Part shown: positions 9,966 to 22,363 of the stretch, in pieces
Position numbering within the stretch: position 1 is the first letter of the stretch
How the letters are laid out: each line of letters starts with the position of its first letter
Translations under genes and position numbers: made by a program
DNA from: Trypethelium eluteriae
Taxonomy: Eukaryota
NCBI GenBank assembly: GCA_051942245.1
Contig: JAVECL010000007.1
Coordinates: 62,001 to 126,000, forward strand
Direction of reading: 5' to 3'
Length of the DNA: 64,000 bases
Notes under the pieces: generated by a model
What the model saw: only the letters and a program-made list of their open reading frames with translations
The model's database searches: none
What the model was told of the DNA's origin: nothing

Positions 9966-12212
9966 TCAATTAATCTCAACGCCAGAATCATCAGTATCTG
10001 AGCCTATCTTCTCAACAGCAGCATCTGACTCACCATCATCTGATGCTGGTTCGTCACCCTCCGACTGCGATTCCTGTGCACTAGGATTCGTGCTTGAACC
10101 GCTCAGCTGTCCCCTCCCGAACTGTCTCTTGACCAATTTAGCATACTTTCCTCCACGACCAATGAGCGCATCATGCGTGCCTCGCTCGATGATTTGCCCA
10201 TTATCAATGACTAGTATCAAATCTGCGTGCATGATAGTTGATAGACGATGTGCAACGATAAAGGTCGTGCGACCTGCGCATAGTTTCTTTAGGCCTTCTT
10301 GAATCTTCTTTTCAGTCTCAGTGTCTACTGCGCTCGTCGCTTCATCCAGAAGCACAATCTTCGGCTGTTTGATAATCGTCCTGGCGATCGAAATTCGTTG
10401 GAGTTCTCCACCGGAAAGTTTTACGCCTCCCTCCCCTACTTTTGACTGGTACCCCTTCGTAAAAGTCATAATTTTATCATGGATAGCGGCTGCACGACAG
10501 GCATCGTACACTTCTTCGTCCGTAGCATCAAGGCGGCCGTATCGTATGTTATCCATAATTGACTTATTGAACAATCTTGCGTTCTGAGGTACGATACCGA
10601 ATACATCTCGGAGGCTTTCTTGCGTGACATCTCGGAGGTCTTGGCCATCAATCGTGATACTTCCGTTGCAAACATCATAGGATCGAGGCAACAGCTTGAT
10701 TATTGTCGACTTGCCTCCGCCTGTCTCACCTACCAATGCGATTGTCTTCCCGGCTTCGGCTACAAAATTCAGGTCCTTGAGGATGACCTTGTCAGGTTTG
10801 TAGAAAAAATCTACTCCCAGAAATTCAACCTGTCCTTTCTTGAACTCTAATGGGTTTGCCACGGCTTTGTCGGTAACGGTTTGCTTCGTAAGCATCAAGT
10901 TGAAAAAGCGCTCCAGGTCTGTCAAATCGCGTCGTATATACTTGTAAGTCGAGGCGAGATATTTCAATGGTCGCTGGATTGATTGCCAATGCTGAACAAT
11001 GAGAATAAAGTCGCCCGCAGTATTGAGGCCGTTCAATATACGATGCACCACAAGCAAGCAAGCTGCAACGAGGCCAAGATGTGCGAACAAAGAGAGCATC
11101 TCATGATAGATTAAGAAGGTCAAGTCTGAGCGCTGGCCTGCTGCAATTTTCTCGTCTAGAGCTTTTTCAAAAAGATGCTGCTGGTGTATAGCTCCGTTGA
11201 ATGCTGTAATCGTCTTCCAATTTGCTATAGATTCATTCTTGACTTTTCCAAATCGCTTACGAGCAAGAGTCTCTGCTTTACGAGAACTTTTGATCCATCC
11301 GGAGCTCTCGTACGTAAGATATGCATAGGCGAGGGTTACACAAATAGCTAACAATGCCATGGGCCAGTCGAAGAGATAAAAGAAGTATGCATAGGCGATA
11401 ATGAGATCCAGAAGAATTGGTACCACATCGAAGGCAATCTGCTCACAGATACTGTACAGAGACGTTCCGCATTCCATGCGATTCAGTGTATCATAGGAAG
11501 CTTTGTCGTCGTGGTAATCCATTGAAAGAGCCATAACATGATCAAAAGCAGCTCTTTGGGAAGCTTTGTGGAAATGCAACTGAACCTGAATCTCCAGAGG
11601 TCTCAGGATAGCAGCTAGTATACCGCCCGGACCCAAAAATTTGTATAGAAGCCAGAGTCCGACCTCCTTGTAAGGTAGGGTGCTAAATTGAGCTTTGCCT
11701 GATCGCACGAACTCAGAGGATGGAGCGGAACTATCTTGACCTGACGAACGTGCTGCATCCCACAAGAGATTCATGGCCTTGCTTTCTTGATGATGTACAA
11801 GGACGTTGAGTACACTGTCAGAGAGTTTCTGGAGGATCATAGCCACCATGGCAAACTGAAGAACCATGTCTCTTGATGGCCATACGTCCGGGATAAGGTC
11901 AAAGAAACTCTTGAAGTATCTGAACCATCCTAAATCTTTCAGACGTTGTTTTCGCTGGCTCTTCAGATTCTTGACATCCTCATCAACGTCCTCATCGTCG
12001 AAGTCCGAATCTGCCTCGGAATCAAATTCATCATCCTCATCACCCCTTTGTTGCGAATCATTTGCCGTTGAAGATGCATTGACATCTTCGGTCCTTGGTA
12101 GAACCTTATACAATCGGAGGAGGCTGGCTCTGGATGTGGAATAATAGTGGGAGGGAAGGAGGAAAACAAAAGCACTGGTAAAGGCAACAGTGATCAAGAG
12201 TATGGCCGCCAT
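9966..12212 (-). CDS. Half-size ABC transporter, ABCB/HMT1-ATM1-like, intronless, 748 aa
   Basis: TMD with AAFDHVMALSMDYHDDK, Walker A GETGGGKST, signature LSGGELQR, Walker B VLLDEATSAVD and AHRLSTI. Confidence 0.93.
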   Translation of the reverse strand: MAAILLITVAFTSAFVFLLPSHYYSTSRASLLRLYKVLPRTEDVNASSTANDSQQRGDEDDEFDSEADSDFDDEDVDEDVKNLKSQRKQRLKDLGWFRYFKSFFDLIPDVWPSRDMVLQFAMVAMILQKLSDSVLNVLVHHQESKAMNLLWDAARSSGQDSSAPSSEFVRSGKAQFSTLPYKEVGLWLLYKFLGPGGILAAILRPLEIQVQLHFHKASQRAAFDHVMALSMDYHDDKASYDTLNRMECGTSLYSICEQIAFDVVPILLDLIIAYAYFFYLFDWPMALLAICVTLAYAYLTYESSGWIKSSRKAETLARKRFGKVKNESIANWKTITAFNGAIHQQHLFEKALDEKIAAGQRSDLTFLIYHEMLSLFAHLGLVAACLLVVHRILNGLNTAGDFILIVQHWQSIQRPLKYLASTYKYIRRDLTDLERFFNLMLTKQTVTDKAVANPLEFKKGQVEFLGVDFFYKPDKVILKDLNFVAEAGKTIALVGETGGGKSTIIKLLPRSYDVCNGSITIDGQDLRDVTQESLRDVFGIVPQNARLFNKSIMDNIRYGRLDATDEEVYDACRAAAIHDKIMTFTKGYQSKVGEGGVKLSGGELQRISIARTIIKQPKIVLLDEATSAVDTETEKKIQEGLKKLCAGRTTFIVAHRLSTIMHADLILVIDNGQIIERGTHDALIGRGGKYAKLVKRQFGRGQLSGSSTNPSAQESQSEGDEPASDDGESDAAVEKIGSDTDDSGVEIN

Positions 12213-12334
12213 CGTACTCTGAGACGTCTTTCAAAGCGGGAGATCTTGATCCGTGGCCGTAGGCACTTTGTGTTTGAATGGAAGTAAAATTCTTTCGACT
12301 TTCAATCGAACCTTATTTGCAAAACTCTCGTTTG

Positions 12335-12592
12335 TGAGTCACGCCTAGGTTCCCGTGACGAGTTCGACCTATTTAAACTTGTGTAACACAGGAAATTAAA
12401 TGAGGAAGAATCGGAAGTGACTGTGTTCTTTCGACATTGGTGTTCAAGTAAAGGCTTGGGATGTGATGTCGATCTCACAAGAGAAATCAACGAGATATAA
12501 AGAAAGGCCATCTATAGGCAAATTCCCTAAGAGTAAGGCTGACATCGCTTTGCCCCGGGCTTCTGCCTTACAATTGTGTCACAGATGAGTCA
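12335..12592. promoter_or_regulatory. Two Gcn4/CpcA (AP-1-like) TGAGTCA sites upstream of the ABC transporter
   Basis: TGAGTCA at 12335-12341 and 12586-12592. One-mismatch variants nearby: TGTGTCA ~12575, GGAGTCA ~12709 and ~12838. Confidence 0.45.
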
Positions 12593-13350
12593 CAGTGCCT
12601 AAGCAGCTAGTCGCAGAGATTTTGAGAAAATGCTGTGGATGTCCGTCATCACCATAGAGAAGTGGAAAGGGGCTGGGGTCGTCCTGAATCTAAGCTAACA
12701 GTGGCATTGGAGTCACGATGCAGACAAACCTTGACGCGCGGCGTTAACTTGCAATGTGGTAGTAGCCTAAACTATTAATTTTTGACCGGGTTATTCAGCT
12801 GGTAATGTAGTGTTGACTGCCGTAAAACAAGGGAGGCGGAGTCAGGTCGACCGGTGCAGGAAGACATGAGCCGCAGCTAAGCCTTATCAGCCTTCAGCAT
12901 CGCGTCTGACTTATTACCCTCATTAATGATTCGGCCATTTGCAATCATCACAAGAGATAATGCATCGATCTAAAAATTCCGAAATTTCGAACAATCTGGC
13001 CTTGCTAGGCTACGATCCATAAGATGTACGGAGTAATGATCACAATCATGAACTGTTCACTGTTCAGGAGTCAATGAATTTGATATGAAAGCATACTACA
13101 TATCTAGTTCTGTAATTACAACTCAGCAGCAGATGCATGGAAAATAAACTCGACATGCTATTGACGCTGGAGCCAATTCCCAATGCCCAAATTACCCCGT
13201 TGATTTGTAGGATCCGTCGGATGGCGACATGCCATGCAATGTCATGAGAATGTGCAAACTCCACGAAAGTCAATTTGAAACCCATGCACCTCGAAGTTCC
13301 AAAAATTCCATCACTGCCGTTGCGCCTATAGTGGCGATGATCCTGACGAT

Positions 13351-14496
13351 CTAAGCAGTAGGGAGCCTCCTCATATCACCGTTGCGTAGAGTAATCCACT
13401 CCTTGAGCACGAGTTCGTCGCGAGCCTCATAAAGGTGTTTGTAGGACGTTCGAATAGTGCCGTCACTCACGCCACACATCGCTCCAACCTCTTTCGGCGA
13501 CTTGGGATGGCCCATTAAATGTGCGGCCATATAGATGCAGGCTGCTGCAACAGAGAGCGGAGATCGGCCAACCAGCAGACCTTGATGAGACACCCGTTCG
13601 GCAAGCTCTTCAGCAACCATCGGACAAGGATATGAAAGACCAAGCTTGCTACAGAAACGGTTGGACATCTGGGGAGCACGGCCAGAACCTTCCTCATCAC
13701 CAATTTCATCGTTAAGAGATTGTCCTGTACGAGAATTAGATTCGATATTTTTACTTGCAAGATACGTTGAACGAATTGATATAATCTTACCAGTAGGTAG
13801 ACCATTGGTTTCTGACGCCTTCTTCGCAATGAACTTTTCAATCATTTTGAAAGTTCTTCCAATCTCCTTCTTTGAGACATTGCACATTTCATGAACCTCG
13901 CGGAAGGAGCGGGGGACACCGTGCTGACGACAAGCAAGAAAAATGCAACTTGCGATGACGGCTTCATTGGATTTACCCTTGAGAATCTTGCCGTCGTCTA
14001 CCATCTTGAAGTTCAGTTTGGCGGTGTTGCAGACAGCTGGCTGGATGTGATGAGCGTCACAGACGGCGCCAATTTGTTTATAAGCGCCCATCAAGGATTT
14101 TTGTCCTTTGTCATTGATGGTCTTGTTCTGCGCCCGCGTCAAATCGCGAGCTGCAGCACCTCCGGTCTTGAACGAGATACTGGTTTCTAGTTGCTCTCCG
14201 TTAAGAAGAGGGTTTGCTGCCTCTCCAACACGAGATGGATCATCGTTGCCTTGATCGTCATTTGCGAAGGTACGCCATTCGGAGCGGGTGTCGACAATAC
14301 GGCTGCCCAGGACTAGTCCACAGGATGCGCAAATGGTATCTCCAGCAGCAAAATCTTCTGTAAGGTTGGGTGGAGCCTCGCGACATTCGGGGCATATGAG
14401 GTGGATATTTAAGTTTTCTTGGAATGCCTCCGGGGCCTTGACTGCGGGCGCTTCAGGTATGGCACCTGGCGAGAGGATGGCGTTTGTTGCGGCCAT
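13351..14496 (-). CDS. SUA7: Transcription initiation factor TFIIB, with one in-frame 66-nt intron (13790-13725)
   Basis: Zn ribbon CPEC...CASCG, B-reader DTRSEWRTFANDD, cyclin repeats and GRSPLSVAAACIY. Confidence 0.97.
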   Translation of the reverse strand: MAATNAILSPGAIPEAPAVKAPEAFQENLNIHLICPECREAPPNLTEDFAAGDTICASCGLVLGSRIVDTRSEWRTFANDDQGNDDPSRVGEAANPLLNGEQLETSISFKTGGAAARDLTRAQNKTINDKGQKSLMGAYKQIGAVCDAHHIQPAVCNTAKLNFKMVDDGKILKGKSNEAVIASCIFLACRQHGVPRSFREVHEMCNVSKKEIGRTFKMIEKFIAKKASETNGLPTGKIISIRSTYLASKNIESNSRTGQSLNDEIGDEEGSGRAPQMSNRFCSKLGLSYPCPMVAEELAERVSHQGLLVGRSPLSVAAACIYMAAHLMGHPKSPKEVGAMCGVSDGTIRTSYKHLYEARDELVLKEWITLRNGDMRRLPTA

Positions 14497-15237
14497 TCTG
14501 GTAAGAGGCTTGCGAGCGGTGTCAAAACGATGCGACGCTCTTTTCTTGATGCCTTTAGCAGACTTGTGTGGGGTGTAAGACTTTGCGCAGCAGCTGATAA
14601 AGAGTGGCGAATACAGCTTGGCGGTTGGGGATGAAGAAAGTTGACGGATGAAGGTGAAGAAGTTTGGCGGTTGGAGGTGAAGAAGTTTGGTGGCTGGAGG
14701 TAGAGGAGGTTAATTTAAAGTTGGGCTTAAGTGGATACGCCCGAGTGGAGCCTAATAGTGATTTCACACATGTTAGTGACTGTGAGAGTGAGTCTGGCAT
14801 TGCGATCTCACAAACCGCTTGTCCAACCGTCACAACCAGCGAAGGTGTCCGTAAGTGCTTCGGAAAGCTCTCACAGAGAACGGCGAATCACGTCAAAGTC
14901 GTCGTCCGAAGGTCAGCGAGATGCTGAGAGTCTCTGAGCGACAGTATTGATGGATTCCAGGACAAGCGCAGGTCGAAAAGGAGTGTGAGGGAGACAAAGA
15001 GTGAGGAGAATAATGGCTAGGTATTTGACGTTGGTGAGGCTGAGTCAAGTCACGTTTCTCCCTAGGCCATTCTCAAACGCACGCAGCCGCGCGCTACTTG
15101 GTTGAGTGAGCAGGGTGACTGAGGACCGTGCGCAGCGGTGCTCCCTCCACTGCTGGAACTTTCGCCTCGCTATTTACACATCCGCCCTCCATTAGCGGAA
15201 TCACCAATACCTACACATTACCGTCCGGCCTACCAAT

Positions 15238-15728
15238 ATGCTATCTATAAGGACATCGGTATCTTCCAAAGCTTTCCATTGCGCAATTGAGAACTTACGG
15301 AACCTTCTAGCGACTGGCTTTGGCTCGAGTAGCTCGACAACATCATGCCCTTTCAAGACGGTCTCTCATCATCCCCACCGCCATTCGACAGGGTACGAAG
15401 ATCATCTTAGTATCCCTTCGACGATTGCTTTTGTGCTGACTCTGATCTGTCAGCCGACTTGGTGCAGGACATGTACCTCCGTGAACTCAAGAGCTACAAG
15501 CCTACCCCTATAAAAGCATCAGATGCTGAAGGACACGTCCAAAAATTTGTCGCCCCAAAACCACCTCAATCACCCGAAGAGTCTGATATTGCAAAAGACT
15601 TACAAGCGTACGAGCAGCAGCAGGTTGAGATTGAAGGTCAAGCAAATACTTCGAGCGGGGCGCCCGCGGTGGAACAAGACTGGCTTGAAGAGGAAGAAGA
15701 GGATGAGGCAGCGCAGGCTCATCATTGA
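15238..15728 (+). CDS. ATP14: Mitochondrial ATP synthase subunit h, 3 exons
   Basis: Spliced MLSIRTS|RLALARVARQHH...PTAIRQA|DLVQDMYLRELKSYKPTPIKASDAEGHVQKF with an acidic tail. Confidence 0.92.
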
Positions 15729-16673
15729 GCAGATGCGATAAATCAAGACGGCATTATGTATCTTTAGCTCCTTTGCAGCCAATTTATTTGTGGTGTGTCT
15801 CCGATTTCGCGTACTCTTTCCTCACGATCCATGGCTTTGGGTCGATTGTTCTAGCTCATCACTCATCATGGTCATTCAAGCTCTTCGCGCGACGAAATGG
15901 GTTTCCTCCGATCTGAAGCTCCGATCTAAAGCAAAGCACACGGTGATGTGGCCATTCTCATGACCTTTCGTAGGACTTTGTCTATCTAATTTCCATTTTC
16001 CTACTATCTGGATGCTGAAACACAACGTTCGACCTCAAAGTGATCATGAATTAGATGTATAACCACGAATGTGGGCCCTTTTTAGATCTGCTATCGTGAA
16101 GTTGTGCGTCCAGCTTAAGCAAAAGGCTATTCCCATGCACTTTCTAGATGGCTGCGCTCGAGGCAGGGGCACTAAGCTGATTTTATGCCAAAGGTAGACG
16201 AGTGATGATCATATCTAGCCACACGGATTATGACCATAATCTACAGGTACTAATAATTGGATCACACTGGTCATGATATGATCCCATCCAAGTGATCTAA
16301 TACAGAGCAAGGGCCGTGTGAGGGCGATGCGTCCGTTGGATTTATCCAATTTATCTAGGTCGAGGTGCTGCGGACAATTTGGGGTCTCTTAAAATGTCGT
16401 TCAGTAAGTAAGATACGAACAAGGCTTTTATTTCCTCTTATACGGAGCAGTAGCATTTTCCTCAATAAGAATTGGACGGGTATCACGGAATTGTGCACTG
16501 AAGATGTGATGGCACTCATACCTTAGGAGGGCCGACGGGAGCATCTCTTGCGGGTCGGCCAAAGCGCGCGGCTACGCTAAGTGGGCGTCCGAGATTCGCA
16601 CATTCTAATTTCACCACCTTCGAATTACGCTCCTCCCATCAACCCACCACATTCCAACAAGAGCGCCGACGTC

Positions 16674-17293
16674 ATGGAGCAGAAAAGTCATAGATGTATG
16701 CAAAAACTCTTTCACTAATTAAAGTTGTGCTAACAGACACCTCTTCATAGTATACGTCAAGTACGCTACCTTTATCCTGATTCGAGAGTCGACGTTAACA
16801 TCTTGATCAGAGCCAAACACCTCAGCTATCGACGTGGAAAGCGGACCTCAAATCCTGGTTGCAGGTAAATCGCCTTTCACTGGAGGATCCTGTGAGGATA
16901 ATAGTAACGTGGAACAGTATCCTGAAGCTCGAAGGCGTTGGAGACCCCAGCGCTGCCCGGTGGGTTGCGACAATGGGATGCCACTCAACTCCTTCGATCG
17001 CTGATGTGTGGCGTGTAGATTCTACCTTGGCAAGCGTTGCGCATATGTCTACCGTGCAAGCAAGGAAGTCCGGGGCACAAAGCTGAGAGTGATTTGGGGA
17101 ACGATCACAAATGTTCATGGTGTGTCCCTAGAATGGCGTGCATTGACGCTTTTGACCGATTACATGGAGAAATATGCTGATGGCGATTCCTGCAGGAAAC
17201 TCGGGCGCCGTTCGCGCTAGGTTCAAGCACAACCTTCCAGCTCGCTCTTTCGGCGCCTCCGTTCGGGTGATGTTATACCCATCGTCGATATGA
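16674..17293 (+). CDS. RPL33: 60S ribosomal protein eL33 (L35Ae), 108 aa. Exons 16674-16695, 16751-16760, 16811-16864, 16918-16959, 17019-17119, 17196-17293
   Basis: Spliced [22 protein letters not shown]...[13 protein letters not shown]...RVIWG...[16 protein letters not shown]...RVMLYPSSI. Confidence 0.93.
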
Positions 17294-18325
17294 GTACGGC
17301 CGGAAGCATAGCAGGAGACGAGGTCATGGCGTATGGATGGATTGATTTATTGCTAGGGAAATTCAATTGAGGAATGAGAGTGTAGCGGCATAATCCGTGA
17401 CGAGATTGCGTGGGGTCCATTCTACAGTCCGGTTCTGCATCTACATCCTATACAATCATCGAAGAGCCACGAAAATGGAATAAAACAATCCAGACGCGTT
17501 CATCAGCTTTTTTGTTCTCCGTGAGTTAATTTCTAGTCCGAGATCGCGCAAATACGCCGACTATAGAAAATCAACAGCTTGCAGAGATCAAATTTGGCTA
17601 GTAGCTTGTCCTACATGTGGCTCAAAGGTGACGATAAGTACTGAAAGGCTGCAGGTCTACAGAAGCGCTCGCGAATGTACCGAGCTGAACACCGATCCTG
17701 GATGTAGTAGGTTTGGGTCGCGTTTGTGCAGACGACGTAAGGAAACTGGCAGCAGACCATGCCCAAAAAGTGCCGACTACAGGCGATTCACAGTTTCGAT
17801 GATTTTCTCATTATTCTCGAGGGTATCATCATCGGAAAAAATTGCCAATAATTGTAGATGTAGATGAAGAAGCGAGACGGCGCGTGATGAGGTTGAAACT
17901 GGTGGGGATACATAAATGGGATGGACAAGGATGGGGACGTGGCGTTGACTGGGGGAGTGGCCGGCGGGCAAAGGACGGGGGGACCGAAACACAGCGCCTC
18001 ATAGTCCCCGTCCACTGAAACTCTACCACTGGTCATCAATACGCAGTTCATTGAAACTTTCCTTTCGTACATTCGTTCTTTGCTCATCCTGCCTTTTTGA
18101 AGTTTGGTGGCCGACGTGATTTGCTCTGGTCCACGTTCTTGTCCAATCGCCCTACCGACCCTCCGGTTCAACGAGGACGCGTCGTCATCCAATACATCGT
18201 TCGAGAAAGTATCGTCGGGAGTGCTTGCTACTGTGCATGACCTATACGGAGCCTCAGCCGGTCTGTAGTTCCGCAAATAGCATCATGGGACTGTTTCCAT
18301 AAGCAAGTATCTTGCTTTACTCTGC

Positions 18326-21300
18326 ATGATTTTGAAACCTGCTGGGACTTTTTCGAAGATGGCTTCTGGTGGTATCGCAGTCTTACAAGGCTTTAGTCGG
18401 GACAGAGACAGTGGCTATGGGTCGGAGAGGGACTTCCAAAATGCCAATGAATACCAGAAAAAAGAATCCACTCATGAGCGTGAAGAATTGCCTCGGGCGG
18501 CAAGTTACACATATCTCCCGAAAGCCGAAGATCCGACATTCGATGTTTCTTCCTTGAAAGATAGCTTCAGTGAGGATGATCTCACGAAGCCTGGTGCAGC
18601 TGGATCGATCGACGGCGAACAGTACGACCCTTCTGGCGGTACGAGTCCTGAGAATGAAGTAGACACGCCTTCAAACAAGCGAGAGACTCTTGAAGGAGCA
18701 GAACCTGCCGGTCCCCCAAAAGCGATAACTCACTCTATATCAGGAATAGGAGGGACAAATATGGTGCCGCTCATGGCAACACATGCGATTAATAAGATGC
18801 CCACGGCTCAAAAAACATCAGAGGCTAGCCAGAAGCTACGCAGAAGAACTTGGCTAGTTGGATCGCGGGGTACTTCTCCAACAAAGGCAAATGCAGAACA
18901 AAGTCATGTTGCAGACAGTGCTCCGGCATCGCCGGTCAAGAATCCCAAGATACGGGAGCGCCGAATGAGCTTGCGGCGGCGTGACTCAACGAAATCCATG
19001 GGAAAAGAGAAGCAACAAGGGACGGAGGAGAATCAACCCCAGAAGTCTGGTATAGAGAGGAAGGGCACGTTGAAGAAGGCTGGAAGACCCTTGTCACTGC
19101 TTTTATCCGGTTCTTCTGAAAAGAATGAATCTCATCGACCTCCAATCCCATCACTTCCGAAGTCATTTTCGACTGATAGATTACCAACTTTAAAAACTCC
19201 CACTCCTGGAGTAGAGCCATTGCCCCCTATGCCAAGGCAAGTTTCTACTGAGAAGCTTTTGAAAGCCGAGTTCGGACGTAAAAAGGACGAGCTTTGGAGT
19301 GTCTTCCGGACCTTGGATGGCGAGTACCAAAAGTGAGCACCTGGTTCCTCTGTCAAACCTTGTTGCTAACAGCCAGAACCAGGTTCCAGTCGAAGTCTAT
19401 AGCTCTTAAGCCTAATGTCGTACGGACATCTCTACTTCCTGTTTTACGGCAGCATATCTCCAACACTTCTCATCGTAACCTCAGACCCGAGGATTTAGAT
19501 AGGCGTTGTAATATTCTCAATAGGTGGTGGACAGGGCTGCTTGACATGTTGCAAGGTAGGAATAATCAATCTATCTCTGGAACAGATCGACCCGTAATTC
19601 TGGACGCCATCGCCAGCATTATGGAAAGGCCTGAGTGGAGGTCATACGGAACACCTTTTTGTCCTCTAGATGACCGTATTCCTCAATCTCACACGCCTCG
19701 CAACAAATCTGCTACATCTTTATTGTCCGAAAACTCTGACTTTCTGGCCGAGTCCGTATATCATAACGTTCGAAATACATTTGTACAAAATCTGGTTGCT
19801 CAGATGGCCTTGGTTGTCGACAGGATGTCGCTGCGGAATGCTTCTGCAAGTCTTGTGTCGTTCTGTGGAAAAGCCTGCGCTTACGCATTCTTCTTTTGTC
19901 CTGGCATTGCAGACATTCTTGTTCAACTCTGGGACCTTCCGGCCAGTTTGTTGAAGCGCATTGTGGGATCAGAAGGGCCAGAAAACGATGGAGTTCTGCG
20001 AAAGGAACGATTCGATCAAATTATCTCCACCTTTCCTCCTTGCGTCCAGCATCTGGCCTTTACGTCTGTACCCAGTACGATGCGAGCTCTCAGAAGGTCA
20101 ACACCGATTCCTATAGGAACCGCAAATGTCAATTGGCATGGATACTGGGTGAGTCGGTGGGCTGGAAGGGAAAGTGATCTTTTCTACGTCTTCGTCAAAT
20201 ACTATCATATACTTCTTACAGACTACCTTCCCCCCAATAGCAGTCGTTCTGAAAGACTCTGCGCCCCTGGTCTGGCCTTGGTACATGCACAGACACTTGC
20301 AAACCTCGACTCAACTGTGCACCGACAAGCGCCTCAAACACAAATTGATGGTAACACTGGCGCATCGACCATCACTTTTGACGATGTTTTCTCCGATCCG
20401 GATGCTTCAACAACGCCAGTGCCTTTGCCGCCCACCAATGCGACAAGGTTGATGGCGGAGAATCGACTGATTATGCTCATCAGAGATTTCTTATCCGAGA
20501 GGTCGGCGCAGTATCTAGCGGCGCGTCATATCTTTGCTCAAGCCTTCAACGATATCCTACGAGCTGCTGCTCAGAAGACTTCGCTTTTTGACCATAAAGC
20601 TTGCTATACTTTGTGCGACTTCCTTGAAGAAGCATTTTTCATCATAATACGTTACGACAGTATGAGCCATGCTGACGAGTCCGTCTTGGATTGGCCATTT
20701 TGGTTGGAAGTATTCAAACAAATGGTTGCTAGTCAAAACACAATGACAGAGATTCGACTATATGCTTTTCTTTACGGCTTGTGGACATCCATTGCAAGCG
20801 ATCCTACACGTCAGAGGAAACTCTGTTTGGATTTTCTCCTGGAACCTTCGTTCTTCGAGGGCAGATTCAATCACTGGTGCCCTATGGTGCGTGCCTACTA
20901 CATGCGGCTTCTTTGCTGGCGTATGGCAAGATTGGACAGCAGGGAACAGACTCGGTCCGACATTCGCATTCTGGAAGTCCTAGTCGAAAGACTACGAACT
21001 GTGTGGTCTCACTACATCTACCTCAAAGAGGAAGCGGAGGTAAAGGGTCGACTCATACCATCTACGGTACCTTGTAACCCTGCACCTCACCGTCGACTCT
21101 ACATTGTTCGAACAGACACTCAAGTTGGCCCGGCGACTAACTTTCTCTCATTCGACGGCCTTGTCTCTCATGACCCAGTGTCCCCACCATCGCCGGTTAC
21201 TCCACCGGATCGGCGCGACTCTACCTTGAGTTTCCTTGCCGAAACGGGTATGCGAACGCTATCATCTCTCACCAGTCGATCTGAGCCCGACTCTGAATCT

Positions 21301-21897
21301 ACTAACCGCAGTAAATGGAATCTCTTCAAAAGCTTCATGAACTCATCCAAGTCCCGCTCTCGCTCGCAATCTCCTTCACCTTCCAGCCACAAGGACAAGG
21401 ATCTGCAAGCCCGACCGCATTCCAGTACCCCAGACACAGGAAATCGCAGCCATCAGTCTTCGAGCCTGACTAATGGGGCTAATGTTAAATTGAATTCTAT
21501 TCTGACGAACGGCACGTCCCCAAAATCCAATGGCACAGCCACGGAAGCATCGGTCGGCAATCGTACTTTTTGTTTCAAATTCTCTCTGGAATGGCTCTCT
21601 AAGGCGTCACCAAACCCGCAAGCAATGCGACTCTATCCTCCTCGTTTACCAATGCATGCACAGCTATTTTTGCAACAGCATTCGGTAAGTGCGAACGCAC
21701 CCACACAATTTCGCACCCTAGAGCCGAAAGGGGAAGCAAAGGCGAGTAGCAGATATGCGGGCCGAGCATTGGCTGAATGGGCTTTGATCGTTGGTGAATG
21801 CCAGGCATTTGTGGAAAGGAGAAAGAACGAGGGCGTACCTCTGGAGAAGGTAGAGGTTCCGAGCCTGGGGATAGAGACGTTCAAGAGACCGGGATAA
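18326..21897 (+). CDS. Conserved fungal protein, DUF1765-like. Intron 19333-19382
   Basis: Two long ORFs joined at DELWSVFRTLDGEYQK|FQSK. Motifs ILNRWWTGLL, FCGKACAYAFFFCPG, FNHWCPMVRAYYMRLLCWR and YAGRALAEW. Start could be 18326 or 18359. Confidence 0.85.
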
Positions 21898-22363
21898 TGG
21901 CATTATAATGACAGAGCCGTCGTAGGCGTTGGCTCCGAATATTGCATTCTGGGATGTCACTTTGCTCCACATAGGGTCTCGGTTTCGTTGCAACAGCACG
22001 CAATCTGCATGTCTGGGCGCTGAGCGCCTACAGCATGGTTTCTTCTTGATGACTCTTTGGAGTTCTTAGGCGACTTCCATTTCCTCGGGAATCGGTGGCT
22101 GTTTTTTCGTTTTCGCATCGTTGAGGATTGTACCGCCGCCCTTTAGGCCTGGCTTTGACTTGGTGAGGTTCATAAAAATCCTGATTCCCCATATAGACCA
22201 TTGTACATAGGAAGCAGTCAAATAAAGCAATCGGTCCTCCAGCCTTTGCAAAAATCAAGGCTTTTCATGATGCACTATCCAGCTCTCGTGTTCGAGGTCT
22301 TGGTGCTTGAGCGCGATCATGTAGCACGGAAAGGCTCGCTTGCGAATCCAGGATCGATACAAG

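Noticed and set aside
13725..13790. Apparent peptide insertions in TFIIB, and likewise in NC2-beta, ATR, the OMT and the MscS-like protein
   Set aside because: These are stop-free introns of length 3n that the ORF track reads through. They have normal donor, branch and acceptor signals.
16020..16310. Cluster of TGATC words, GTGATGA at 16202 and a small GATTATG/CATAATC hairpin, possible C/D snoRNA
   Set aside because: No CTGA D box at a suitable distance and no recognisable antisense element.
17788..18276. 162-aa minus-strand ORF upstream of the DUF1765-like gene
   Set aside because: Non-ATG start, low-complexity content and overlap with a probable promoter/5' UTR.
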